A DNA stretch of 64,000 nucleotides from Paludibacteraceae bacterium (GTDB lineage Bacteria > Bacteroidota > Bacteroidia > Bacteroidales > Paludibacteraceae), in assembly GCA_905233255.1 (NCBI GenBank), contig CAJOCN010000004.1:12868-76867 (forward strand). The letters run 5' to 3'. Below, piece after piece: positions 35,547 through 44,868 of the stretch. The position numbers and the translations under genes were made by a program. The notes beneath the pieces are model-generated. The model saw only the letters and a program-made list of their open reading frames with translations, was not told where the DNA came from and made no database searches. Numbering within the stretch: position 1 is the first letter of the stretch; each line of letters opens with the position of its first letter.

Positions 35547-36670
35547 GAGCAATTCAAATGGTAGACCTGCAGACGCAGTACCAACGCATCAAGCAGGAGA
35601 TAGACGCAGGAATAGAAGAAGTGATCTCTTCTGCTGCATTCGTCAAGGGGCCTAAAGTGACCGCTTTTCAGGAGCATCTGGAGGCATACACCGGAGCCAA
35701 GCACGTGATCAATGTCGGCAACGGTACCGATGCCCTGCAGATAGCCTTAATGGGGCTCGGGCTGAAGCCCGGAGACGAGGTGATTACACCGACTTTCACC
35801 TTCATCGCGACCGCCGAAGTAGTAGCGTTATTAGGTCTGACGCCGGTGGTAGTGGATGTGGAATGGGAGACGATGAACATGGATATCGAGTCCGTGAAAC
35901 GTGCTATCACTCCGCGTACGAAAGCCATCGTACCGGTGCATCTGTTCGGTCAGTGCGCTAATATGGAAGCCATCATGACTCTCGCCAAGGAGCATGGGCT
36001 TTATGTGGTGGAGGACGCGTGTCAGGCTATCGGTGCCCGATACACTTTCTCTAACGGAGAAACCAAACAAGCCGGTACAATGGGGCACATCGGTTGCACC
36101 TCTTTCTTCCCGTCAAAGAACCTTGGTTGCTACGGAGACGGGGGTGCTATTTTCACCAACGATGACGAACTGGCCTCCCGCATGAAAGCGATTGCTAACC
36201 ACGGCATGGTCGTTCGGTACCACCATGACATGATCGGAGTAAACAGCCGTCTGGATAGTATTCAGGCCGCTGTGTTGGATGCCAAACTACCCCATTTGAA
36301 CGAGTTTATCGCTGCCCGCCAGAAAGCCGCAGCATACTACGACGACGCTTTCCGCGGAAACAACAAACTCCTCATCCCCGGTCACGAAGCGCACTCGACA
36401 CATGTGTTCCATCAATACACTCTCCGCGTCATAGGCGCAGACAGAGATGCCTTACGCGAAGAATTATCAGCACGAGGCATTCCGGCTATGATATATTATC
36501 CGGTACCGCTCCACCAACAGAAAGCATACTTGGACCCGCGTTACAAAGACGGCGATTTCCCTGTGGCAGAACGCTTGGCCGGATGTGTTCTGTCGCTCCC
36601 GATGCACACCGAGTTAGACGAAGAGCAGTTGGCTTACATAACCCGTAATGTACTGGATTTAATCGGATAA
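35543..36670 (+). CDS. DegT/DnrJ/EryC1/StrS family PLP-dependent aminotransferase
   Basis: MVDLQTQYQRIKQEIDAG opening, GTDALQIAL, SFFPSKNLGCYGDGGA (PLP lysine region). ATGA overlap with the upstream stop. Confidence 0.9.
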   Translation: MRAIQMVDLQTQYQRIKQEIDAGIEEVISSAAFVKGPKVTAFQEHLEAYTGAKHVINVGNGTDALQIALMGLGLKPGDEVITPTFTFIATAEVVALLGLTPVVVDVEWETMNMDIESVKRAITPRTKAIVPVHLFGQCANMEAIMTLAKEHGLYVVEDACQAIGARYTFSNGETKQAGTMGHIGCTSFFPSKNLGCYGDGGAIFTNDDELASRMKAIANHGMVVRYHHDMIGVNSRLDSIQAAVLDAKLPHLNEFIAARQKAAAYYDDAFRGNNKLLIPGHEAHSTHVFHQYTLRVIGADRDALREELSARGIPAMIYYPVPLHQQKAYLDPRYKDGDFPVAERLAGCVLSLPMHTELDEEQLAYITRNVLDLIG

Positions 36671-36672
36671 GT

Positions 36673-38181
36673 ATGCAGAAATTCGGAATACAACAGACCC
36701 TGACGCAGACAACCAAGTTGTCCCCCACCCAGATTCAGGTAATTCGCATGCTCGAGTTACCGTCCGTAGAATTGGGCCAACGGATTACGGAGGAACTGCA
36801 GGAGAACCCTGCTCTGGAAGAAGGCAAAGACGAAGATCTAACGCCCCAAGAGAGTTTGGATGAATTCGATGATAACTACCAACCGGATGACGGCTACGAT
36901 GATGGGCGTCAGCGCGATCCGCTGCAGAACGAGGATTTCAATTACGAGCAGTATGTCTCCGATGATGAGACTCCGAGTTATATGCTGCAACCGCAGTACA
37001 ACCCGGCGGATGAGGACCGACGCGAAGTACAATATATCGGCGGTAGCAGTCTCATTGAGGAACTCAAAGCACAGGTCTATATGACCCACATGACCAAGCC
37101 CCAGCGGCACATCGCCAAATGGGTTTTGGGCAATATTGATGATGACGGATACTTGCGTCGGACCACAGAGCAGTTGGTGGACGACCTGATGTTCCAGGAG
37201 CAGATATCCGTTACGGACGAAGAGATGGCGGACATCGTCGCGCAAATCAAGCGTTTCGACCCGCCCGGCATTGCTGCCGCTAACCTGCAGGAGTGCCTCT
37301 CACGACAACTGGAAGTGAAACTGGAAGAGCATCCTAACTCCGAGAGTCTGGGGTTTGCAGCGGCTATCATCCGGAACTATTTTGACGATTTCTCCAAACA
37401 TCATTTCGATAAAATTAAACAGCGTCTGGAGCTGGACGATGAGTCTTTCCAAGCCGCCGTGCAGGAGATTGTACGCCTCAACCAGAAACCGGCAAACGCC
37501 CTGACAGGCAACGTATATGAGACTCAGCGGCAGACGATTATTCCGGATTTCACCATCGAGGAGCGGGACGAAGAACTGTTCGTCGTGCTCAATACCGGCG
37601 ACCTGCCGGAACTGCATGTCAGCCGAGACTATCAGGAGATGTTAGACTCCTATAAATCGCTCCCGAAAGACCCGAAGACACGCGAGGCAACCCAGTTCAT
37701 CAAGCAGAAAATAGATGCTGCCCGCTCGTTCATCGATGCCATCAAGCAGCGTAACGAAACGCTCATGAAAACCATGACCGCCATCCTCAAAGCCCAGTAC
37801 GACTTCTTCCTGGACGGCGAGGAGAGCAGTCTCAAACCGATGATCCTGCAGGACATCGCAGACCGCACGGGATACGATGTATCCACCATCTCCCGCGTCA
37901 GCAACAGCAAGTATGTACAGACGCGGTTTGGTATCTATCCCCTCAAATATTTCTTCTCCGAATCGATGCTCAATGCCGAGGGAGACGAAGTATCCACACG
38001 TGAGATCAAGAAGCTCCTCAAGGAACTCATTGACTCGGAGGACAAACGCAATCCGCTGACTGACGAGCAGTTGGTGGAAGAGATGGGCAAACATGGTTAT
38101 CCTATCGCGCGACGCACGATTGCCAAATACCGTGAGATGCTCGGTATTCAGGTGGCGCGCCTGCGCAAACAGCATATTTAA
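36673..38181 (+). CDS. rpoN: RNA polymerase sigma-54 factor
   Basis: Region I LxLxQxL-type opening, acidic linker, C-terminal HTH and RpoN box (ISRVSNSKYVQTRFGIYPLKYFF ... ARRTIAKYRE). Confidence 0.95.
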   Translation: MQKFGIQQTLTQTTKLSPTQIQVIRMLELPSVELGQRITEELQENPALEEGKDEDLTPQESLDEFDDNYQPDDGYDDGRQRDPLQNEDFNYEQYVSDDETPSYMLQPQYNPADEDRREVQYIGGSSLIEELKAQVYMTHMTKPQRHIAKWVLGNIDDDGYLRRTTEQLVDDLMFQEQISVTDEEMADIVAQIKRFDPPGIAAANLQECLSRQLEVKLEEHPNSESLGFAAAIIRNYFDDFSKHHFDKIKQRLELDDESFQAAVQEIVRLNQKPANALTGNVYETQRQTIIPDFTIEERDEELFVVLNTGDLPELHVSRDYQEMLDSYKSLPKDPKTREATQFIKQKIDAARSFIDAIKQRNETLMKTMTAILKAQYDFFLDGEESSLKPMILQDIADRTGYDVSTISRVSNSKYVQTRFGIYPLKYFFSESMLNAEGDEVSTREIKKLLKELIDSEDKRNPLTDEQLVEEMGKHGYPIARRTIAKYREMLGIQVARLRKQHI

Positions 38182-38822
38182 TGAACGCTTTTCTCAACAT
38201 AATAGCCAAGACGCTGAGCGTGATTCTCTACCCGCTTTTCGTTCCGACTTACGGGGTGGTACTCTTCTGCCTCGCCCACGCGCTCCATACCGGTACACCG
38301 CTGCATTGGGTCTGGACTACTATTGCTATTGTAGGAACAATGCTACTGACCTGCGTGCTGCCTGTCACCGCCATTTGGATACTCAAGAAACGAGGTTTTG
38401 TAACGGACATGCAGATAGCCGACTCCCGAGAGCGCACGATGCCATATATCTACACCATCATGGGCTTTGGTTTCTGGGCATACCTCATGGTAGCCGTACT
38501 CAAAGCGCCACTATATCTATCATGTATCACCATCGGCGCAGTGGTAGCCATCACGCTCGTTACACTCATCAACCGCCGGTGGAAAATAAGCGCTCATCTA
38601 ACCGGCTTCGGCGGACTCGTAGGAGGCATGTTGTGTTACTGCCTCGGCATAGGTGGTATCCCCTCTTGGACGACGCTCGCCGTGTGGATGGGGATTTCAT
38701 GGATCCTTATGTGGGCACGTCTCTATCTGGACGCCCATACACCCGCACAAGTGTGTACAGGCTGGCTCTTGGGTATCGTTTGTACTTTTATACCCTATTG
38801 TATTCTCAGTTATGCGTTGTAA
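38181..38822 (+). CDS. Polytopic membrane protein, PAP2-superfamily-like
   Basis: Six hydrophobic segments. RERTMPY ... ISAHL ... RLYLDAHTPAQV loosely fit the PAP2 tripartite motif. Confidence 0.45.
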   Translation: MNAFLNIIAKTLSVILYPLFVPTYGVVLFCLAHALHTGTPLHWVWTTIAIVGTMLLTCVLPVTAIWILKKRGFVTDMQIADSRERTMPYIYTIMGFGFWAYLMVAVLKAPLYLSCITIGAVVAITLVTLINRRWKISAHLTGFGGLVGGMLCYCLGIGGIPSWTTLAVWMGISWILMWARLYLDAHTPAQVCTGWLLGIVCTFIPYCILSYAL

Positions 38823-39801
38823 AAAGCTATATATCACCCTCTTGGCACTTCTCACAACGCTTACCCTGAGCGCACAAGCACTCAGCGAAGAGGTGCGTAT
38901 ATCACTCTTAACCTGCGCGCCGGGGGAAGAACTCTACGCCCATTATGGGCACACCGCACTGCGGGTCAATGACTCGGAGAACGATCTCGACATCGTCTTC
39001 AACTATGGTATTTTTGACTTCAACACCGATCATTTCTATTGGAAATTTGTCCGTGGGGAGACTTGGTATGAATTAGGCGCAACGCCCTATTGGTGGTTCA
39101 TGCGCGAATATGAGGAGACCCACAGACCTGTTTATGAGCAGGTCTTGAATCTCACGCCCGAGCAGGCAAAGGTTCTATGGGAAAGACTGGTAGAGAACTA
39201 CCGGCCGGAGAACCGCAAGTACCTCTATAATTTTGTATTCGACAACTGTGCCACACGCCCATACGTATTGATAGCAAAGGTCATGGGAGACACCATCACC
39301 TCGGATTACAACGGCCATACCGGTACTTCGTACCGTTCTTTTATTAGGAATTATACGGGCGCTATGTCACTCGCCAATGCAGGTATCAACCTGCTCTTTG
39401 GTCCCAAAGCGGACAAGCCAATGACCTCCGACGAGCGGCTCTTTTTGCCCGAAGAACTGATGTTTTTCATTGAGCAAGCACATACTTCCGATGGCACTCC
39501 GTTAATAAAGGAGAGCCAAATCGGTTCTTTTGCTATAGCCACTACCCCGTGGTACGCCTCGTGGCCTTTCTGGCTGGCGGTTTATGCACTCATCGTAGCT
39601 GCTGTCAGCCTCTATGACCGCAAGCGCCAACGATGGTCTTGGGCGCTCGAAATGGCAGCCGGCATCCCCTTTGCTCTGCTGCTCATCATCGTTACATTCC
39701 TCACTTTCTTCTCCTGCCACCCACTTGTGGGGTTCGGCTGGCGGTTATTAATCATTCCTTTGGTACACCTATGCGCAAGACTTATTTATATTATACGTTA
39801 A
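38812..39801 (+). CDS. DUF4105 / Lnb-like protein (periplasmic N-domain plus C-terminal TM helices)
   Basis: Signal peptide. ISLLTCAPGEELYAHYGHTALRV is the DUF4105 signature. ATG at 38812 chosen, in frame with the listed ORF. Confidence 0.7.
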   Translation: MRCKKLYITLLALLTTLTLSAQALSEEVRISLLTCAPGEELYAHYGHTALRVNDSENDLDIVFNYGIFDFNTDHFYWKFVRGETWYELGATPYWWFMREYEETHRPVYEQVLNLTPEQAKVLWERLVENYRPENRKYLYNFVFDNCATRPYVLIAKVMGDTITSDYNGHTGTSYRSFIRNYTGAMSLANAGINLLFGPKADKPMTSDERLFLPEELMFFIEQAHTSDGTPLIKESQIGSFAIATTPWYASWPFWLAVYALIVAAVSLYDRKRQRWSWALEMAAGIPFALLLIIVTFLTFFSCHPLVGFGWRLLIIPLVHLCARLIYIIR

Positions 39802-41231
39802 TCGCTTGTTGGACGGTCCTGACTCTTCATGCCACACCGCGGCTGACGGTGGTTGCCGTGGTGGACGGACTGACTGCTGATAACTTGGCTACTCTCCGCC
39901 CGTATTGGCAACAAGGCGGACTACGTACCCTCAGCGAGGAGGCCTTCCAGACCACGATCGCTTATCCGCACATCGTGTATGGGGGCAACGAGACTACCGC
40001 CACGCTCATGACCGGTGTCACTCCTGACCGTCACGGTTATACTATGGATACCTATTTCGCGCGACGGGACAGAAAAATCCATACCATGCTGGAGGACGAG
40101 ACTATCCGGGGAATCGGTACGAAAGAGAAGATTTCTCCTAAACATCTGCTCTCGCAGACGCTCACAGACCGCCTGCGGCTGATGTACCCGGAGGCGAAGA
40201 TCTATGCCGTCGGTCTGCAAGCGCCGACTTCCGTTCTTCTGGCGGGACATGCAGCGAATGCGTGCTGTTGGTTGGACCCGGAGACACAACAATGGGTGGC
40301 TACTACTGCCTATAGCGGCGGACTGCCGGCCGCAGCTTTTGACCAAAACAATTCCGGTCGGATTGCTACCATCGCGGCGCGTCAATGGATTCCGCGCATG
40401 GATATCGACACTTACACTTCGCCCACACAGCAAGAGCGTAAGAAAAGTTTTGCATACTCCGCAGCGGATGTGTTACTCCATAGCCCGCAGGCAAACACGC
40501 TGGTCATCGAGTTGGCACTCGCGATTCAGAAATCAGAGTCACTCGGCTTGGACGCTACGCCTGACCTCATGATGCTGCAGCTCAACACCCTCTCGCCAAC
40601 GGCTACATCCGACAAGATCAGTTCTGCCGAGCAGGAAGATATGTACCTATGTCTCAACCAAGACCTCGGTTTTCTCATGGAGCAGTTAGACAAACGCATC
40701 GGCCACGCGAACTATCAGATATTAGTAGTGGGCAGGCCTGTTTTAGGCATCGATCCGCAGACCCTGAGTGATATCCATATGCCTGTTCAGCAGTTCAACG
40801 CCGACCGCGCAGCAGCTCTCACCGGTACGTATCTTATGGCGTTGTATGGCCACGAGAGATGGGTGGATGGCGCTTATGGACAGTCGATTTACCTCAACCG
40901 AACGCTCATCGAGCAGAAACGCCTCAGTCTGGAGACTCTACAACGCCAAGTAGCGAATTTCCTCATGGATTTCGAGGGAATCCAGATTGCCATGCCCGGC
41001 CATGAAGCAATGCAGTATCCGCTACTGGGATCGACCCTTTGCAAGAGACACACGGGTGACGTGGTCTTCATGCTCCAACCCGGCTGGCAACTGATGCAAG
41101 ATGAGAAAAAAACGGTGGACCGCGTCATTGACGACAAACCACTCTCACCGCTGCTCCTATGGTCCGGGACGATCCGCCCGATGCCGCAGGGAAAACTCGA
41201 TGCTACCGATGTAGCTGATCTGATTTTCTAA
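39771..41231 (+). CDS. Alkaline-phosphatase-superfamily protein (type I phosphodiesterase/nucleotide pyrophosphatase-like)
   Basis: Signal peptide, then VVAVVDGLTADNL (metal-ligand Asp region) and VTPDRHGY. ATG at 39771 chosen. Confidence 0.5.
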   Translation: MRKTYLYYTLIACWTVLTLHATPRLTVVAVVDGLTADNLATLRPYWQQGGLRTLSEEAFQTTIAYPHIVYGGNETTATLMTGVTPDRHGYTMDTYFARRDRKIHTMLEDETIRGIGTKEKISPKHLLSQTLTDRLRLMYPEAKIYAVGLQAPTSVLLAGHAANACCWLDPETQQWVATTAYSGGLPAAAFDQNNSGRIATIAARQWIPRMDIDTYTSPTQQERKKSFAYSAADVLLHSPQANTLVIELALAIQKSESLGLDATPDLMMLQLNTLSPTATSDKISSAEQEDMYLCLNQDLGFLMEQLDKRIGHANYQILVVGRPVLGIDPQTLSDIHMPVQQFNADRAAALTGTYLMALYGHERWVDGAYGQSIYLNRTLIEQKRLSLETLQRQVANFLMDFEGIQIAMPGHEAMQYPLLGSTLCKRHTGDVVFMLQPGWQLMQDEKKTVDRVIDDKPLSPLLLWSGTIRPMPQGKLDATDVADLIF

Positions 41232-41266
41232 ATAACTAAATGGCAAATGACTAAATAGTAAATAAT
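41230..41266. repeat. Degenerate heptamer tract (AAATAAC TAAATGG CAAATGA CTAAATA GTAAATA) in an intergenic leader
   Basis: Read directly, between the phosphatase-family gene stop and the DUF4494 ATG. Confidence 0.6.
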
Positions 41267-41683
41267 ATGATTTTTCACGAGATTAAAGTACATTACGATC
41301 GTCAAACCGGCGAGGATAACCCCGGTAAAGTAAAAGAGATCTACCTCATTGACGGAGCGGTTAGTTTTGCCGATGCGGAGAACTGTCTCATGGAGGAGAT
41401 CAAACCCTTCATCTTTGGTGACTGCGAAGTGCAGAACTGCAAGCGCAGCCAGTATTTTGAGGTTTTCCCCAACCAAGACGGCGCTTATTGGTATAAAGCA
41501 CGCGTAGAGATGATTACCATCGATGGCGAGAAAGAGACCCGCAAGAATGTGTCCGTCCTCGTACAGGCGAACACGCTTGAGGATGCTGTTTTTGCCCTCA
41601 AGCAAGCCGTTAAGTCCTATGACTGCGAGCTCAATTCCATCGCCAAAACTCCAATTGTAGATATCCTGCACGCCGTACAATAA
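41267..41683 (+). CDS. DUF4494 family protein
   Basis: The MIFHEIKVHYDRQTGEDNPGKVKEIYLIDG opening resembles the DUF4494 family. The antisense ORF 41228-41680 is rejected. Confidence 0.6.
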   Translation: MIFHEIKVHYDRQTGEDNPGKVKEIYLIDGAVSFADAENCLMEEIKPFIFGDCEVQNCKRSQYFEVFPNQDGAYWYKARVEMITIDGEKETRKNVSVLVQANTLEDAVFALKQAVKSYDCELNSIAKTPIVDILHAVQ

Positions 41684-42516
41684 TGGCCCTTCAGTTTGAT
41701 ATACGAGCCATCCTGAAAAGCAAAGCGCCTAACGCGCACGTTCCCGGGTTCCTGATCCGGTACTTGGAGCGTATCGTGCATGTCAAGCAGATGAACGCCT
41801 TCCTGCGTGTACACACCACGGAGCGCGACTACGACTTCATCCGACTTGTCATAAGCGAGGAGTTAGGGTGTTCTGCATCTATTGACGGTACGGAGAATAT
41901 TCCGCAGGACGGCAAACCCGTGATTTTTGTCTCCAACCACCCACTGGGAGGGCTGGACGGTATGATCATCGCCCAGATGATTCACGAGAATCATCCGCGC
42001 CAGCTCAAGGTCATCGTCAACGACCTGCTGATGCACATGGAGCCGATTGCCGATCTATGGGCGCCGGTCAGCAAACTGGGTAAACTGAGCAAGGAGCAAG
42101 CCGTTGAACAACAGCGGATGTGGGAGTCCGAGACCGATGTGCTCACCTTCCCTGCCGGCGCATGCAGCCGACTCCAGCGTATCAACCATAAATGGGTGAT
42201 ACAGGATCTGGAGTGGCAGAAGAACTTTATTCAGTGCGCGAGGGAATACCACCGCGACATAGTGCCCATCTACTTCGAGGGACGCAACAGTCGCTTCTTC
42301 TATGCCCTGGCGTATATACGCAAATTGCTGCATATCAAACTCAATATTGAGATGTTATACCTGGTGGACGAGATGTACGGTGCACACGGCAAGCACTTCA
42401 AGGTGCACGTCCTGCCGCCAATCCCTTACACCACTTTTGATTCTTCCAAAACGCCCAAAGAGTGGGCGCAATACGTAAAATCTATTGTCTATGCAACCAA
42501 TCATACCACCCGTTGA
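41683..42516 (+). CDS. glsA: Lysophospholipid/glycerol acyltransferase family protein (GlsA-like O-acyltransferase of glycine-lipid synthesis)
   Basis: VSNHPLGGLDG (HX4D-type motif) and FPAG. Adjacent to an OlsB-like N-acyltransferase, as in the Bacteroides gls locus. Confidence 0.6.
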   Translation: MALQFDIRAILKSKAPNAHVPGFLIRYLERIVHVKQMNAFLRVHTTERDYDFIRLVISEELGCSASIDGTENIPQDGKPVIFVSNHPLGGLDGMIIAQMIHENHPRQLKVIVNDLLMHMEPIADLWAPVSKLGKLSKEQAVEQQRMWESETDVLTFPAGACSRLQRINHKWVIQDLEWQKNFIQCAREYHRDIVPIYFEGRNSRFFYALAYIRKLLHIKLNIEMLYLVDEMYGAHGKHFKVHVLPPIPYTTFDSSKTPKEWAQYVKSIVYATNHTTR

Positions 42517-43426
42517 GACTTCGCTTTTGTTACAAGAACTGGAGGGACACCTATTACGCCCGTCCAACAAAGCGGACAACCTCATTTATGACATCACTGC
42601 CCATGAGTGCCCGAATGTAATGAGGGAGATTGCGCGTTTGCGGGAAATCAGTTACCGCGATGGAGGAGGAGCCACCGGTTTGGAAATGGACATCGACGAG
42701 ATGGATACGATGCCCAAGCCATACCACCAACTCATCGTCTGGGATCCCACCAACCAACAGATCATCGGCGGCTACCGATACCTCTTTGGGCATGAAGCGG
42801 AGATCAGAAACGGACAGCCCTTTATCACTTCCGCCCACCTCTTCCACTACTCGGACCGGTTCATCCGCGACTACCTGCCCAACACCATTGAGTTCGGCCG
42901 CGCCTTCGTACAACCGATGTACCAGAAACGCGAGATGGGAGTCAAGGCGCTCTTTGCCCTTGATAACATCTGGGATGGTATAGGTGCTCTCATGCACAAT
43001 AACCCCGACATCCGGTGGATGATCGGGAAGGTCACCATCTATCCCGACTACAATGAGACAGCCCGGGAACTCATCTACAACTATCTCAACCTTTACCATA
43101 AAGGCGAAGAAGGACTCTTTGAGCCATACAACAAACTGCCCATTCAGTCCATTGACACGCCTTTCCAGGGGACAGACAAACAGGAGAATTACCACATTCT
43201 CCAGCACGCGGTACGCGAGCAGGGAGCGGTTATTCCGCCTATGTTCTCGGCTTACCTCAACCTTACCAACGATCTTCAGTTCTTCGGCAATGCTATCAAT
43301 GACGAACTGGCGAACGTCTATGAGACAGGAATCATGGTGGACCTTGAATCCGTTTACCCCGAGAAAAAAGAACGCTATATCACCCCGTACGTAGAATGGC
43401 TGAAGAATAGTTCTATGCCCCAATAA
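42485..43426 (+). CDS. glsB: GNAT/hemolysin-like N-acyltransferase (GlsB/OlsB-like)
   Basis: REIARLREISYRDGGGATG ... GGYRYLFG ... IEFGRAFVQPMYQ is a typical OlsB-like acyl-ACP N-acyltransferase pattern. Overlaps the upstream gene. Confidence 0.6.
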   Translation: MSMQPIIPPVETSLLLQELEGHLLRPSNKADNLIYDITAHECPNVMREIARLREISYRDGGGATGLEMDIDEMDTMPKPYHQLIVWDPTNQQIIGGYRYLFGHEAEIRNGQPFITSAHLFHYSDRFIRDYLPNTIEFGRAFVQPMYQKREMGVKALFALDNIWDGIGALMHNNPDIRWMIGKVTIYPDYNETARELIYNYLNLYHKGEEGLFEPYNKLPIQSIDTPFQGTDKQENYHILQHAVREQGAVIPPMFSAYLNLTNDLQFFGNAINDELANVYETGIMVDLESVYPEKKERYITPYVEWLKNSSMPQ

Positions 43427-43433
43427 ATCGTAA

Positions 43434-44780
43434 ATGGTTAATTGTCAGATTGTAAATAATTTAAGGAACGTGCGCACGCACATACCCGCGCACGTGACGC
43501 TGGTATGCGTCAGTAAGTTCCAGTCCGTGGAAGCGATCCGCGAGGCGTACAACGCCGGCGAACGACATTTCGGCGAGAGCCGAGTGCAGGAACTCAAAGC
43601 GAAGAAATCCCTCCTGCCCGCAGATATCCACTGGCACTTCATCGGACACCTCCAAACCAACAAGGTGCGCGACCTCTTGAAACTCCGCCCCTACCTTATC
43701 CACTCCGTGGATTCGGAGCACCTGCTCAAAGCTATCAACGATGAGGCACTCAAACAGGGATTCACCCAGGACATCCTCCTCGAACTCCATGTGGCCAAAG
43801 AAGACTCAAAGTCGGGTCTATTGCCTTCCTCCGTGCATTCAATCCTAGACTTTACGAATATAACTACAGGTGGGTTAAGGGTCCGTGGGTTGATGGCAAT
43901 GGCCACTAACACAGACGACGAGGATGAAATACGACGGTGCTTTGAGACCACGAAAAATGTGTTCGATGAGATCAACCGACAGCAGCCGGAAGCTCCTTTG
44001 GACATGCTATCCATGGGTATGAGCGATGACTACCAAATCGCTATTTCCTGCGGCGCAAACATGGTACGTATCGGTTCGGCCATCTTCGGCGAGCGCGATT
44101 ACTCGCACAAACTGAAGGCGGTTTTCTTTGATCAGGACGGTGTACTCTTCAACTCGATGCCATACCACGCGCAGGCATGGGAACTGGCGATGAACGAGAA
44201 CGGACTGCCCTTCACCGCCCTGCAAACCTACCGTAATGAGGGCAGAACAGGACCTTCCGTCATACACGAGAACTACCAGCTGGTACATGGTACCGATGCT
44301 CCGGATGAGGTGATTGAGCGTATATATAAATTTAAGTGTGCCCACTTTAACCGTCTCACTGGTGGCCAACTGCCGGAGTTAGTACCCGGTGTACGGGAGG
44401 TGCTTAACTATCTGAAAGTCCACGGCGTACAATGCTGGGTGGTCACCGGTTCCGGTCAACGCTCGCTGCTGGAGAACCTCAATAAGACTTTCCCTGACAT
44501 CTTCTCGGGGATCATCTGTGCGTACGATGTGACGCACGGCAAGCCTGATCCTGAACCGTATTTGAAGGCATGGGAGCGCTCCGGTTTTAAGAAAGAGGAG
44601 TGTGCCGTCGTGGAGAACGCACCGTTAGGTGTGCGCGCCGGAAAAGCCGCAGGGTTATACACCTTTGCCGTCAACACCGGTATCCTGCCCGACTCCGAGT
44701 TAGCCGCTGAAGGCGCAGACCTCGTACTACCTAATATGCAGGCGCTGCTACAACAGTTGACTGCCATTTTGTCAGTCTAA
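43434..44780 (+). CDS. Fusion protein: YggS-family PLP-binding protein (N) plus HAD-IA hydrolase (C)
   Basis: N half: VTLVCVSKFQS (PLP Lys), HFGESRVQE, HFIGHLQTNK, SMGMSDDY, VRIGSAIFG. C half: AVFFDQDGVLFNS (DxD), VVTGSG, HGKPDPEPY, VENAPLGVRAGKAAG. One continuous 448-codon ORF. Confidence 0.8.
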   Translation: MVNCQIVNNLRNVRTHIPAHVTLVCVSKFQSVEAIREAYNAGERHFGESRVQELKAKKSLLPADIHWHFIGHLQTNKVRDLLKLRPYLIHSVDSEHLLKAINDEALKQGFTQDILLELHVAKEDSKSGLLPSSVHSILDFTNITTGGLRVRGLMAMATNTDDEDEIRRCFETTKNVFDEINRQQPEAPLDMLSMGMSDDYQIAISCGANMVRIGSAIFGERDYSHKLKAVFFDQDGVLFNSMPYHAQAWELAMNENGLPFTALQTYRNEGRTGPSVIHENYQLVHGTDAPDEVIERIYKFKCAHFNRLTGGQLPELVPGVREVLNYLKVHGVQCWVVTGSGQRSLLENLNKTFPDIFSGIICAYDVTHGKPDPEPYLKAWERSGFKKEECAVVENAPLGVRAGKAAGLYTFAVNTGILPDSELAAEGADLVLPNMQALLQQLTAILSV

Positions 44781-44868
44781 GTACCTTTGGAACATAGTTT
44801 GTACATCGTTTAGTGAAGTCGGTTTGCCGACGAAAAACACAAAGTAACTAACTAAACGATATACAACT

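Noticed and set aside
41228-41680. 150-codon minus-strand ORF
   Set aside because: It mirrors the plus-strand DUF4494 gene, which has the recognisable family N-terminus and operon-like spacing with the downstream acyltransferase.
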